Positions 47,490 to 59,194 of a stretch of DNA of 64,000 bases are shown here, piece after piece. Origin of the DNA: Rebecca billardiae RCC1528 (lineage: Eukaryota; Protista; Haptophyta); the NCBI GenBank assembly GCA_965240325.2, contig OZ251235.1:1488001-1552000 (forward strand), written 5' to 3'. A program made the translations under genes and the position numbers. The notes under the pieces are model-generated. The model was not told where the DNA came from. It saw only the letters and a program-made list of their open reading frames with translations, and ran no database searches. How positions within the stretch are numbered: the first letter of the stretch is position 1; every line of letters starts with the position of its first letter.

Positions 47490-48035
47490 CCGTTGCCAGT
47501 TGGCACCCAGCCGCAGCCATGACTCATGAGACGCTTGCCCGCCCGTCGTGGCGGCAGGGGCTCGGAGGCTCGGACAGCAGCTCACAGGGCGCAAGCAAGG
47601 CGTCGCCTCCGCGTCGCCGTCCGTGAGTCTCGCGCCACGCACCACGCGTGTCGTCGGAGGCGGAGTACAGCTGACTGCGCGCGCCCGCTGCCATCAAACG
47701 ACTGTGCCAGCAGGCGCAGTGCGCAACGCGCCGCCACTCTCCCGAAGCCTTGACTCCGCCTCCGGACACGGGCATCACAGTGCCGCCGCGGGCATTAACT
47801 GAGTACTGACCGCGCCCGGCGCGCAGCATCCTCGCAAGATGTTTCGTCAGGATCGATGATGACTATTGTCGTAACATTGCCGTACAAATCCCAATACTGC
47901 TTGAGCGAGCTCCCGCGGCGGCCCGCCCGCGCGGCCGCCCGGCGGCCGGCGGCAATACCTCTCCTCTCTCGCCCTCCAGCCCCTCCTCCACCCGCCCTCC
48001 GGCCTGCGCACGTCGCGCCTTTTGCCCAGGAAACG

Positions 48036-48728
48036 ATGGTGGCCGTGAACAAGCGTCAGGTGCTCGGCGCTTTGGCCGCAGTGCTCGCTCTCGCGGCTGT
48101 CGCCGGCCTCGTGGGCTCGCTCGTGCCGGATCCTCCCACGCCAGGGCATTTGATGGCCCCGCCGATCAGACCGCCTGCAGGCGAAGCGATTGAGATGTAT
48201 GACAGCATGAGGATTCGTCGGACGTACGACTGGATCATCTACACGATGGAGGATCGAGAGGTGGTCGTCGACAAATGGAAAGAAGCCGCCGGGGCATTCG
48301 ACTACGCCGAATTCATGGAGGCGCTCGTGTCATCCTCAGGCGCGAGGTACGCAGTGCTGGACTATCCGGTGGAAAGCCGTAGTGGGTCGACCTCCAAGAA
48401 GCTCATCTTTATCACGTGGGTGCCCGATGACACACCCATCATGCAGAAGATGCTCTTCGGCAGCACTGAAGACAGTTTCCAAGATAAGCTGCCCGGCCTG
48501 CAAGGGAAGATTCGGGTCCGCGCGCGCCGCCCTGGCGGCCCGGCGCTGCAGCAGGGGCCAGCCACGTGCCGGCTGCCAAACACGTGTGCACTACGCACTG
48601 CGGAGTGCGACGGGTGCTGTGTGCCCGTGCCTCGCTGACTCTACGCGTGCGCGCGTCCCTGCGTGTACTTGCAGGCTCACACGGAGGCGGACCTCTTGCC
48701 GTCACAGATTCAGGCGGTGTTCGATTAG
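48036..48728 (+). CDS. ADF/cofilin-domain protein with an N-terminal hydrophobic signal/anchor (intron 48516-48674)
   Basis: RYAVLDY, KLIFITWVPDDTPIMQKMLFGST, KIR|AHTEADL; N-terminus VLGALAAVLALAAVAGLVG. Confidence 0.85.
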
Positions 48729-49412
48729 CATCGCTGGCACCAACTCGGTAACTCTGCCGTCACCGATCAACCCGCCCACGGATTCGCTTGGCATGCTGCT
48801 AGCCGTCCCGCTCTAATTCAGCGCAACAATCCGTGCGGCGATGCCACGCCGTCATTCGGGCTATCGTCTGGCAACTACACTCTACAGTGAGTTTTACTGA
48901 CAGCGACCTCGCGTCCGCTGCTGCGACTGCGGTGGCGGCGCGCGACCTACGGCGATACGGCCTGCGGCCGATACGGATTCGTCGACGATAGATCGTCATC
49001 GAATAAGTCGTCATAGATCGAGCAGGCTACGACTGTGAATAATAATAAGCAGGCGCGGCGGCGGCGCCGGGCTTTCGCCTTTCCGGTCCGGCGGGTCCGG
49101 GCAACGAACTCTCTGGTGTAACTTAAACTCTGATGCTCAGTGCTCACTAGCTTACTGGCGCGCGCGTCTCAGTCACTCTCAGTGCCGATGATGAAGCTGC
49201 TCATCCGTCGTAGTCTATCTATATATATCTGTAGTTATATTTACGCCGCTAGAGCGCATGATGAGTTGGCATCCGGCGCGTGCCAAGTCAAACTCAAAGG
49301 TCGCCAAAGGATTGAGGTACAGTTTACTAAGCAGAATAAGAGACGCACACAGCTCAGGCAGGCGAGATTGACGCCCGCTAGCGCGCAGTCAGGCGGATCC
49401 CGTCCAGCATCA

Positions 49413-51512
49413 TCAAGCAGGCCGCGGCGGCGCACCCGCAGCCGCAGCCGATGCCGCAGGCAGTGGTGCCGAGCCCGGGAGGAACCCGTGCTTCCAGTCC
49501 AAATACATGGAGGTCTCGCCGCTCTCCGAGCCGAGCACGCCGTAGTAGAGGCAGGGCACGGGGTTGGGCGCGCCGTGCCGCCCGCTCGCGCGCTCCGCCG
49601 CGCCCGGGATGCGGCCGTCCCACGCGTCGGCGGTGGGTGGCGGCAGGTTCGCGAGCTGCTTGCGCGGCGGGCCGCGCAGCACTGCGCGCTGCTCGCAGCG
49701 CCTGCACCCGCCGCCAAGGGGACCCGAGTAGAAGTGTCTGCCGCAGCGCGCGCAGTGCGGGCTGTCGCAGTCGCCGACGCACGCGCCGCAGGGTCCGCAG
49801 TGATGATGCTGCCTGCCGCTGACGTACTGCGGCCTGCCGACGCAGAGCCCGGTGAGCCAGTTGCCCACGCAGCAGCCACGCACGGCCGCGCGCCGGTCGT
49901 TCTCGTCGTAGTCCCGGCTCCCGCTCCCCGGCTGCGCCAGCGCCCGACCGAGCGTGCACTCGAGCCACGCGCCGCAGCTGAAGCAGTGGCCGTCGTAAAT
50001 GATCGTGTCGGCGGTTGCGTCCGACACGTCGAGGTGGCCGAGGGCGATGGCGCGCTTGACGCACGCGCTCGCCTCGCGCGCTCTGCCCTCGTCGCGCACG
50101 AGGCCTTGGGACACGAGCAGCGCGCACACCTCCTCCTCGGACATGGCGGCGCCCGCAGGCGCGGCCGCGTGCGCGGTTCCGGGCGCGGCCGCGGCCGCGC
50201 CGCCCGTCGGCGGCGGCGCGTCCAGCAGAGGCGGCGGGGGGAAGGGTGGCGCATCCTCGAGAGCGAGGGAGGGCGGCGGCTCGCCGCGCGGCGCGAGCGC
50301 ATTGCTGCCGGGCGGCGGCCCGTCCTCGCCGTCGGCGCGCAGCATCCTCGCAATCGCCGGCGAGATCGCGCCGAGATGCGCCGCGAGATTGCGCATCTCG
50401 GCCAGGGAGCCAATCACGTGGTGCCGTGTCGCGGCCGACGCCGCCTCGCCCGGCGTCCAGTCCGCGACGCGGTTGAACTCCATGTAGCTGGGGTTGAGGG
50501 CGACGATCCTGCGCGCGAAGAAGCCGTCCGTGCGCGACGGCGGCCGGTCGAGCTGCAGCACGAGCACGGCAAGCCCGTCGCACGCCGAGGCATCGCCCGC
50601 GTCCGCGGCCGCGCCGTCGAGCGTGACGAGCCGAAGGCCGACGACAGCGGACAGCGGCACGCGCACGCGCATCAGCCGTGCGTACATCGCCGCGCCGAGC
50701 GCCGCCTGGTGCCAGGCGCTGAGCCGGTTGAGCGCGCGCTTCTCCGCGCCGGGCTGCCCCTCCTCGGCGTTGGAGTTGAGCTCCAACGGCCGGTCCATCT
50801 TCGGGTCGTCGTCATCGCTGAGCGGCTCGGCGCGGCCGCCGCTGAGCATGAAGCCTACCACGTTCAGCGAGCGCTCGCAGCGCAGGTAGTCGCGTAAGAT
50901 CGGGAGCGGCGCGTCGTCCTGGTTGACGTCCGGGCACGCCCTCGCGGGCTTGTGCGAGTAGCAGTCGTACACGAGGGCGGGCTCAGCCGAGTCGCGCGCA
51001 GCGCCGCTCCCGGCGCAATCGATGCGCACGCTGAGTTGCAGTGCGTACGCCGCCTGCAGCAGCGCGCGCTGCTCGGGCCCGGCAAAGGCGATGGCGTACA
51101 CGCCGGCCGCAGCGAGCGTCGTGATCGGCGCGAACGGCCCGCGCTGACGACGCGCGCGGCCGCCGTCGCAGCCATGCGCATCCTCGTCGCTGTCGCCGCC
51201 ATCGCTGTCGCTGTCGTCCGTGCCGTCTTCCGGTTCGGGATGGCGCACGGTCTTCTCGGCCGCCCCGAACGAGTCGACGCTGCCAGAGTTGGTCGAGTAC
51301 TGGTAGCCCTCCTTCAGCGCCCGAGGCGTCACGGGGATGTCGCGGTGCGGCCCGGCGAGCAGCGGCGGCAGCGCGCTGAGCGTGCGCTCGCGCTCGACCG
51401 CGCGCGCGTGGTCAAACTGCGCCTCGACGGCGCTGTTCACGAGGTAGAAGTCGAGCTTCCGCTGGTGGAGCATCTGGTACAACTGCATCTTCTCCAAGGG
51501 GGGCAGCGACAT
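49413..51512 (-). CDS. Hypothetical protein with a Cys/His-rich C-terminal domain
   Basis: Intact ORF; CFSC...CCVG...HHHCGPCGACVGDC...HCARC...CRRC. Confidence 0.6.
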   Translation of the reverse strand: MSLPPLEKMQLYQMLHQRKLDFYLVNSAVEAQFDHARAVERERTLSALPPLLAGPHRDIPVTPRALKEGYQYSTNSGSVDSFGAAEKTVRHPEPEDGTDDSDSDGGDSDEDAHGCDGGRARRQRGPFAPITTLAAAGVYAIAFAGPEQRALLQAAYALQLSVRIDCAGSGAARDSAEPALVYDCYSHKPARACPDVNQDDAPLPILRDYLRCERSLNVVGFMLSGGRAEPLSDDDDPKMDRPLELNSNAEEGQPGAEKRALNRLSAWHQAALGAAMYARLMRVRVPLSAVVGLRLVTLDGAAADAGDASACDGLAVLVLQLDRPPSRTDGFFARRIVALNPSYMEFNRVADWTPGEAASAATRHHVIGSLAEMRNLAAHLGAISPAIARMLRADGEDGPPPGSNALAPRGEPPPSLALEDAPPFPPPPLLDAPPPTGGAAAAAPGTAHAAAPAGAAMSEEEVCALLVSQGLVRDEGRAREASACVKRAIALGHLDVSDATADTIIYDGHCFSCGAWLECTLGRALAQPGSGSRDYDENDRRAAVRGCCVGNWLTGLCVGRPQYVSGRQHHHCGPCGACVGDCDSPHCARCGRHFYSGPLGGGCRRCEQRAVLRGPPRKQLANLPPPTADAWDGRIPGAAERASGRHGAPNPVPCLYYGVLGSESGETSMYLDWKHGFLPGSAPLPAASAAAAGAPPRPA

Positions 51513-51710
51513 GGCGCCGGCGCCGACGCGCTCGGTGGGTCGTGCAGCCGCCGCGACTCGGCGTGTCGATCGGCGGTCGTGAGCCTGGTCCGGGCGTGTG
51601 TCCAAGCGCTTTTTTTTTTCCCGATATCAGAATTCAGGTCTCGCCCGCTGAGCATTCTGTGGTGGCTCCGGACAAGGGCCTTGCTCCGGAACACTCGCTG
51701 AAGTGCCACG

Positions 51711-54614
51711 ATGTCAGACACGAGCGGAGACGAGTCGGAGGAGGAGGGCGTCGCCCGCCGGCGCAAGCGCACGCGCGAGGAGGCGATCTTCGGCGTGTTC
51801 GCTGAGGGTGACGAGGATGACGATGCCTCCGACGCGCGGCGGCGCGGCGCCAAGCGCGGCGGCTCGTCTCTCCAGACGCCGGTTGCATTTGTGAGCGCGG
51901 GGCAGGCGGCCGACGCCGGCTCGGGCCGCGACGAGCCGCGGCGCGCGCCCAGGGCGCGCGCCAACGAGGCGGGCGACGTCCCACGGCGCGACGAATTTGC
52001 TGGCCTCGGCGCGCCCCCGTCGCGCGGCGGTCGCGCGGGCGGCTCGCGCGGCGGCCGCGGCCGCGGCGGGCGGAACAACCCGACGGCACCTGGCATGGGC
52101 GGCGCGCCTCCGCCCTCGGCCGGCGGGTCCGACCCGCTGACGTCGGGCATCGGCGGCAAGCTGCTCGCGCAGATGGGCTGGCGCAAGGGCCAGGGCCTCG
52201 GGCGCAAGGGCGAGGGCATCACCGAGCCCATCGAGGTCCGCCTCCGACCGGAGAGGCAGGGGCTGGCCTACGGAGGGCGCGAGGTGTCAGACCTTCAGAA
52301 GCGCCAGGCGCGCCGCGTGCTGCACGGCGGCGAGGGTCGCGCGGACGGGAGCGACGAGGGCTCCGCGGACGAGGCCGACGCCGCCGAGCACGCCCAGCCC
52401 CGCGCGCAGCGCGGCGCGGCGCCACCCGCGCGCACCGCGGGCTGGCGGCGCGGCGCGGTGCGCACCGTTCGAGTCAAGAGCGCAAGCGCTCTGCTGAGCG
52501 AGGGCGGCGCGCTCGTCGGCGAGGGCGGCGGCGGGGAGGCGCACGGGCCGACGGCGGAGCGCGCGGGCGCGGAGCCAGGCTCGGCGGCCGGGCTGCCGGG
52601 CGTCGTCGCGCCCGTCGGCGAGGCGCCGGTGCTCGACATGACCGGCCGGTCGGTGCGCGTGCGCGGCAGCGTCGCAGAGGCGATGGCCGCGGCCGCGGAC
52701 GGCGCGCGCGCCGGCGGCGGCGCGGACGGCGACGATGACGATGGCAGCGGCGAGGCTTTCCTGCCCGAGCTGCGGCACAACGTGCGGATGCTCGCAGAGC
52801 TCGCCGGCGCGGACGTGCACTCGGCGGCGGAGGCCGCCCGGCGCGCGAGCGCCGAGGCGAAGCGCACAGCCGTCTCAGCCTCCGACCTGCGCGCGCGCGT
52901 GGCCGCGGCGCGCGACGGCGCGGCGCGCGCGCAGCGCCTGTGCGATCGGCTGCGCGCGTGCGCGTCGGTCGGCAGCAGCCGCGAGCTGCTCGACGCGCTC
53001 GAGCAGGCGGCGCACATCTCGCCCATGCACTTTGGCTCCGCGGCCGCCCTCGAGGCGCTCATCGCGCTCGCCTCGCCGCATCTGCGCGCCACGGCTCGCG
53101 AGTGGCAGCCCCTGACCGCTCCGGCCGCGCACGCGGCGCACCTGCGGCGGTGGCGCGCGCTGCTGACAGCCGCCGGCCGCGGCGACGGTGGCGCCGCCGG
53201 TGGGCGCGACGTGGCGGCGGAGGGGGAGGTGGCTGGGCAGGACGAGGCCGAGCACGGAGCCGGCGGCGTGCGCCCCGGCGTCCTCGAGTCGAGCGACAGC
53301 GAGGACGACGACGACGACGACGGCGGCGGCGACGGCGGCGGCGGCGGCGCGCGGCGCGGCCCCGGCCTCGACGGCGCCGCCGCCGGCCCGGCCGCGCGCG
53401 CCGGCGCTCTCGCATATGAGCGGCTGGTGTACCACACGTTCATGCCCGCGCTGCGCTCGGCGCTGATCAACGGCTGGGCGCTCGCGGACGAGCTGCAGGC
53501 GGCCGCCGCCCCGTCGGAGGAGCCGGCGCGCGCGCCGCCCATTCCCGCCGCGCTGCGCCTGCTGTGCGCGTGGCGGCGCACGCTGCCGCGCTCGCTCCTG
53601 CGCGAGCTCCGAGATCGTATCTCGGTGCCCAAGCTGGCGCGCGCGCTCGACGGGTGGAACCCGCGCGCGGAGCCCGAAGGGGCGGGGGCGCGCGCGTGGC
53701 TGCGGCCGTGGCTGCTCGCGCTCGGCGCGTCCGCGCAGCCGCTGCTGCCGCCCGCGCAGCACAAGCTGGGTGCAATGGTCGGCTGCATGGCCCTGACAGC
53801 GGCTGAGGCGGTGGCCGCGGTCGGCGCGTGGGCGCCTCCGGTGCTCGGCCGCGCGCAGTGGGGCGCGCTGCTCGTCCGGCACGTCTCGCCGCGCGTCGCC
53901 GAGCAGCTCGACGCGCAGGAGCTCAACCCGGCGCGGCAGTCCACCACCGCCGTGCGCGCCGCGCTGCGCTGGCTTCCCGTCCTCGGCCCAGACCGACTGG
54001 GCGGGCTGCTGGCGGAGCACTTCTTCCCGCGCTGGGCGGCCGTGCTCCGGCGCTGGCTGCGGCAGCCCGCGGTCGAGCTGCTCGAGGTCGAGCGGTGGTA
54101 CGTGGGGTGGCGCTCGGTGCTGCCGGCGGAGCTCCTCACCGAGCGGCACACACGCGCCGGGCTCGATCTCGCTCTCGACGCGATCAACGAGAGACTGGCC
54201 GCCACGCCAGCGGCGGCCGGCGGCGCACCGGCGGCGGCGGGCGGCGCGGGCGCGCGACGAGACGGCGCCGCGCCGCCGCATCCGGCGCGCTCGGCGGCGG
54301 CCGGCGGCCCACGGGGCGCGACGGCCGAGCCGGCCCCGCGCGCGCAGCCGCGCGCCGCGCCGCTCGAGCCCGACGCGGACGTCTCCGCCCTTGACGCGCT
54401 CGGCGCGCTCGCCCTCGAGCGCGACCTGCCCTTCCTGCCGCGCGAGGGCCGGCGCGCGCCGACCGGCCAGCAGGTGTACGCACTCGGCCACCGCGCCGTC
54501 AGCTGCTACGTCGACCGGGACAAGGGCGTGATCTTCGCGCGCGCGACGCCGGCGGAGCCTTGGTGCCCGATCTCGCTCCACGCGCTTCTCGAGCTTGCGG
54601 CGGGGCCGCCGTGA
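51711..54614 (+). CDS. TFIP11: Spliceosome disassembly factor TFIP11/NTR1/STIP
   Basis: TREEAIFGVF; G-patch GIGGKLLAQMGW.KG.GLG; LPELRHNV; LNP..Q; FFPRW..VLR.WL; WY.GW. Confidence 0.9.
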   Translation: MSDTSGDESEEEGVARRRKRTREEAIFGVFAEGDEDDDASDARRRGAKRGGSSLQTPVAFVSAGQAADAGSGRDEPRRAPRARANEAGDVPRRDEFAGLGAPPSRGGRAGGSRGGRGRGGRNNPTAPGMGGAPPPSAGGSDPLTSGIGGKLLAQMGWRKGQGLGRKGEGITEPIEVRLRPERQGLAYGGREVSDLQKRQARRVLHGGEGRADGSDEGSADEADAAEHAQPRAQRGAAPPARTAGWRRGAVRTVRVKSASALLSEGGALVGEGGGGEAHGPTAERAGAEPGSAAGLPGVVAPVGEAPVLDMTGRSVRVRGSVAEAMAAAADGARAGGGADGDDDDGSGEAFLPELRHNVRMLAELAGADVHSAAEAARRASAEAKRTAVSASDLRARVAAARDGAARAQRLCDRLRACASVGSSRELLDALEQAAHISPMHFGSAAALEALIALASPHLRATAREWQPLTAPAAHAAHLRRWRALLTAAGRGDGGAAGGRDVAAEGEVAGQDEAEHGAGGVRPGVLESSDSEDDDDDDGGGDGGGGGARRGPGLDGAAAGPAARAGALAYERLVYHTFMPALRSALINGWALADELQAAAAPSEEPARAPPIPAALRLLCAWRRTLPRSLLRELRDRISVPKLARALDGWNPRAEPEGAGARAWLRPWLLALGASAQPLLPPAQHKLGAMVGCMALTAAEAVAAVGAWAPPVLGRAQWGALLVRHVSPRVAEQLDAQELNPARQSTTAVRAALRWLPVLGPDRLGGLLAEHFFPRWAAVLRRWLRQPAVELLEVERWYVGWRSVLPAELLTERHTRAGLDLALDAINERLAATPAAAGGAPAAAGGAGARRDGAAPPHPARSAAAGGPRGATAEPAPRAQPRAAPLEPDADVSALDALGALALERDLPFLPREGRRAPTGQQVYALGHRAVSCYVDRDKGVIFARATPAEPWCPISLHALLELAAGPP

Positions 54615-55686
54615 CCGGGCCGATGGCGGTGCGTCAACCACGGGCCGCGCGCGGCGCAGCGGGCGGCATGTCAGCATGGCCATGAGCAGCAGCCAATGTT
54701 AACAGGGTCAATGCGCGCATCCTGTGCGGCTGATCACCGCTGCGCTGTCCGACCGTCCGAGACGACACTACGACTAACAGTGTCGTCGCCGAGACATCGC
54801 CGGCTCACTCACTAACGACTAAGACGTAGACCGACGTAGTTACTTACGAGCCGAAATCCCGACTGTAATGAATTTGAATTATTATATTCGCGATCGAATA
54901 ATAAGCAGCTAATAACCGGCCCATGCCTCTGATCGACTAATAATCATAATGATGCCTGATGCTCCGACAGTAGTGTAAGACTGTGCACTGACTACTGTCA
55001 TACTTTGTAGTCAATCAAGTAGCTTAGTAGCTTATTATTTAATAAGCTCGGCTACTGCGCTAGCACAGCTAAGTTATTTATCATCATCAGCTAGTATTAT
55101 AGTGTACTGCGTACTCGGACTTATGGCTTACAGTTACTCGTCATCCGATCGACCGATCAGTGTCCATCTGATCGATCGTCAGCCCCGTGCTGACGACATG
55201 ATATGTTATTATTTCCGGCTGATCTCATCTGTGATCACAGCAGAGTGACGACAACAGACTACAAAGCTAGACACCGGTATAGTCGGCTAGTCGCCGCTGC
55301 CGCGCTACTGGGCCACTGGTAACTGGATCTGAAGTCTGACGACTGGCAGACGAGTCAGTCACTCAGTCTCACAGACACAGTGACGACGATGCTGGGCCGT
55401 GAAGAGTAGCGTCACGCGGCTCCGCAGTGTGGGCTCAGGTACTCCGCAGGCTGGCTTGGCACTTGGCCTGGCGGCGGCAGCAGTGCCCGCCGACACGGCC
55501 AGTCTCACCGGCCGGCCGCCGACGCCGCCGTAACTCCGCAATCCGCCGAGTGAATCCGCGCGCATATCAGCACGGCAGTCTGATGAGTCCCAAGACGTAC
55601 GTCACCACGACGAAGGGCACGCGATGCAATGGCGTGGTGCAAGGGGAAATATGCTAGCCCGAGCAACCTAGCCCACAGCCCTGTAG

Positions 55687-56319
55687 CTACAGCTCGTCGA
55701 GCAACTGCCGGGCCTGGCGCACCACCTCCACGTCGAAGCCGCCGATGAACGTGTCAAAGCACGTGAGCGATCGGTCGACAGCGCGCTGCACGTACAAGAG
55801 CTTGTCCGGCGTGGTCTCGCGCTCGAGCAGGCGCTCGTTGATCGGGTCGTCCATCGTGGCGAACCCGTCGAATGTGACGATGCTCGCGGCGAACTCCATC
55901 GCGTCGATGCCCGCGGCACGCGCTGGGCCGTCCGGCAGGTAGTCAACAGCTCCGCGGAGGTTGCGCTCGAGCTCGAGGTCCTTGAAGAGCGACTTGCTCG
56001 CGACAGAGGCTCTTGCGCGCTCGCGGGCGGCGCCCGGATTGCGTCGCATCGACGCCTGCACCGATTCGAGCTTATCGCGCGCACGAAGCACGTTGGCCAC
56101 GTACCTGAGCAGCTCTGTGCGCGATTTGGTTGCCGCCGTGGCCGGCAGCGTTAAGGCGCCCAGGCACACTGGCGTCGAGGTGCATCGCGCGAGCAGCACG
56201 CGCCGGCTCACAACGCTCGCACCCATGGGCGGCGTCGCGCATCCCAGACCGCCGGCCTCAACAGCGCCACTCAGCAAGGCCGAGATGATGAGGGCCGGCA
56301 ATCTCATGGGCGACGCCAT
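55687..56319 (-). CDS. Probable plastid thylakoid-lumen helical-bundle protein (PsbQ-like/unknown)
   Basis: Signal peptide, twin-Arg SRRVLL, ATA cleavage-like site, helical mature part. Confidence 0.55.
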   Translation of the reverse strand: MASPMRLPALIISALLSGAVEAGGLGCATPPMGASVVSRRVLLARCTSTPVCLGALTLPATAATKSRTELLRYVANVLRARDKLESVQASMRRNPGAARERARASVASKSLFKDLELERNLRGAVDYLPDGPARAAGIDAMEFAASIVTFDGFATMDDPINERLLERETTPDKLLYVQRAVDRSLTCFDTFIGGFDVEVVRQARQLLDEL

Positions 56320-56437
56320 CGCGCGCAATTTGAAGCCGTAGCTTACTTGGAACTTTACCCGGTGGATACCGAGCTAATAGTTAGCTCAAATAACGGCGCT
56401 TCGGGGCAGTGCGGGGTAGGCTGGAATGATTCTGGTC

Positions 56438-57244
56438 TAAATTCCCCTTTATAACGGGCTCCGGGTGATCAGACTGGCGGCCGAAGCCTCCAGCCCTACC
56501 CTGGCCAGCCCCCAACCAACCACCACCCTCACCCAACCTCAAACCACTGACCGATACACCAAGTGCCTTGACACCACTCCGCTGTGGACAGCCCGCCTCC
56601 AGAGGGGGCGGGGGTATGCCATTGCCGACAGCATACAAGCCCAACACTGTGGGGTGGTCCCAGGTACCAGCAGTGCACTGCCTTGCAATTCGAGATCATC
56701 GAGTTTGAGCCGAGTCGGCAGACTGGGCACCCCTTAGGGTGCCCCAGTGTGGGCAGAGGGCCAGCCACTAGCCGATCCCTGCGCGGGGGAGGGGACGGAG
56801 GGGGCTGTCAGCGAGCCCAGTAGCTGGGCCGGGGTCTTAATGGGCCACTGGTCCTGGCAGTGAGGCGCCTGTATTTCACTCGTGCTGCTATGGAGGCAGA
56901 TGGTGTCATGTCAGACATGTGTGCGATATCGGGCATCAAGTCAGGGCGTGGGCCGCTGTAGGAGGCAAGCAGAGTGGTGGCGATGGCTAATACGCCTGGG
57001 GAGGAGTCGTTTGCGCGCCTCTTTCTGCTGCTCTTTGCAGGGGGTTGCATACTTCGCTGTGCAGGCTGAGCCTGCCTGCCAGTTGGTGTTAGGATAGGCA
57101 CATTTGCCTGGCGGGGTGGGCAGTGTCGTTTGGGCGGGGGGCTGTCTTGCTGAGCTTGACTAGGAGGAGGCAGCCTGCGCCTGGGGGCTGCCAGTGTCTT
57201 GGCAGAGCCAGCAGGTGGCTGTGTGGCCTGCTGTCCAGTGTCTG
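56438..57244 (-). mobile_element. Truncated 3' part of a dispersed (probably non-LTR) element
   Basis: Terminus shared with 18828-18878; composition differs from host genes; broken ORFs. Confidence 0.45.
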
Positions 57245-58351
57245 CGGATATCCCCCTGCAACAGATAGGACTCAGTCCTATGCCATAGGACAAGATCACC
57301 GGAGCGCCAGCGCCTCAGTTCTGCGCGTACGATCATCGGTGTGGCTATATCGTACACACAACTCAACCGGCTATTGACACACACCGTCTCCGCCTGCCGC
57401 CACTGCTACAGCGATCGGGCGCGCGCGCGCGTACGCGCGCGCGCGCGCGCTCGGTTGTGGGACAACCGGGTTACCGGCGTCCAGGGACGGCCCCACAACC
57501 AGCACATGACAGCGTCAGTTGCTCGCCCCTGGCAGCCGAGCGGCGACCCTGGGCACGGACAGCGCAGGCGAGTGCTCGCGCCGGATGCCCGCGCCACCGC
57601 CCGCACCGCCGCCCACGCCGCCAGGCGCGTTGCTGCCCGTAGCACACCGATTCTGGGGCGGGGCGAAGAGAGGGCAACCGCCATTGTGCGAGCGGCCACG
57701 GACCTCCCACGATGGTGGCAGCCGTCCTTGTGGACGATGAGCCCACGAATCCAATAGCGTGCGGGTCGAGCGTCGCGTAAATCGACTGCGGCACACGCAT
57801 GGCGTGTCTACAGGTGCGATACCATCCACGCACGCGACATGGCAAGATGTTCCGGCTACCTCCGAGGCTTGCTCTACATGCGCGCCGATGCTCGATCGCA
57901 ACCACCTGACGACGCGAGAGACCCGCAGCAGCTTGCGCGCGCAGCCCCGGCGTGACGTACAATGCCATGCTTGGCGAGGACCAAACCGCATTGTGGATGA
58001 ACCTCATACGGCTCCGGTCGAACACAGTGAACCACGATGTGTGAGCATCAAGCTGGGTGTCATCTACAAGTGCCACATGGCGGTCGGCGTTGCCGCCGTG
58101 GAGTCGCAAGGCGGCAACGACCGCGACGGCTTCACGCGCTCCATCCGTGGAGCCCAAAACATGCGGTGGTGGTCGAAAATCACAACAAGCTCGCTCTGGC
58201 GGATGGTGGCGACACTGCTGCCGACCCCTAGGTGCAGTCGTACCATTCGGCAATATGAGAAAATGTCGTCTACTGAGTCGTCCCTGTCACCTGTGGCTGT
58301 CCTGTGGCATAGGACCCAGTCCTATGGCACAGGACAGCAGTGGGATATCCG
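57245..58351. mobile_element. About 1.1-kb segment bounded by imperfect inverted repeats containing hairpins
   Basis: CGGATATCCC.CTGC...ATAGGACT..GTCCTATGCCA.AGGACA at 57245-57292, inverted at 58296-58351; 20-bp-stem hairpin at 58296-58338. Confidence 0.55.
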
Positions 58352-58657
58352 TCTGATTGTGTAATGCCGTTGTGAGCTCCGTGACCAGTGTGACTGCCCG
58401 CAGCAGGATCTGCCTCAATCTCAGGGCCCCCATGTGTCAACACATTGTCCGACGGACGCACATCGCGGCGAGCCAGTGGGGTAACATATTGGAGCGGCCA
58501 TGCCACAAGAGGTGTGGCAGGCTGCAGAGGCCACGCAATCACCATAGGGAGGGGGCGAGCACGCTGTAGGGGCCATGCCCGCAAGAGTAGCAGTGACGAC
58601 GGTTCGGGGCTACCGCGTCCGCCCCGCTCTGCCAGCACAGGTAAAGGTCGCAGCAGG

Positions 58658-59194
58658 ATGAAGCGCGAGCGTGACGCCGCCGCCGCCGGCGTTTCCACGC
58701 CCGTCTCAGACGGGGATGGGAGTGACGAGCGCCCACGCAAGATCCGTACGCAATCGACCGTCTTCGATATGCCCTCGGAGGTCCTCAAGCTCGTGGTGGA
58801 CTCCCTGGACATCGTGTCTGCGGTGCAGCTTCTATCCACGTGCCGCTCCCTGCGGTACCCGTCTGGCGGCTCGTGCTACCTTGAGGTCCGGAACGACGTG
58901 CACAACCTCATACAGACGCTACGATATAACCAGCACATCTGCCTGCTGGCCACGCCGGAGACCATCCGGAACAACGAGGAGCACGGCTTGCGATTGCTCA
59001 CGCGCGTCGCCAACGAGAAGGACGCCGAATTGTGCAACGAGATCGCGCCCCGGCGAATTGGCGAGCTGCGCGCCGAGTGCAAGGCGCAGACCAAACACAT
59101 CGTCGCGCGAATGGAGAAATACAGGCTCTTTGCGGCGGTGATCCAAACGTTCGGCCTCGGAGCAAGCGAGCCATTCGATCACCAAGCCGCATGA
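58658..59194 (+). CDS. Small intronless F-box protein
   Basis: VFDMPSEVLKLVVDSLDIVSAVQLLSTCRSLR fits the F-box consensus; NLS-like basic N-terminus. Confidence 0.65.
   Translation: MKRERDAAAAGVSTPVSDGDGSDERPRKIRTQSTVFDMPSEVLKLVVDSLDIVSAVQLLSTCRSLRYPSGGSCYLEVRNDVHNLIQTLRYNQHICLLATPETIRNNEEHGLRLLTRVANEKDAELCNEIAPRRIGELRAECKAQTKHIVARMEKYRLFAAVIQTFGLGASEPFDHQAA

Noticed and set aside
55580-55612. Hammerhead-like CTGATGA-GTC-ccaa-GAC
   Set aside because: The required GAAA is GTAC and no NUH site follows; other CTGATGA hits inspected also lack the core.
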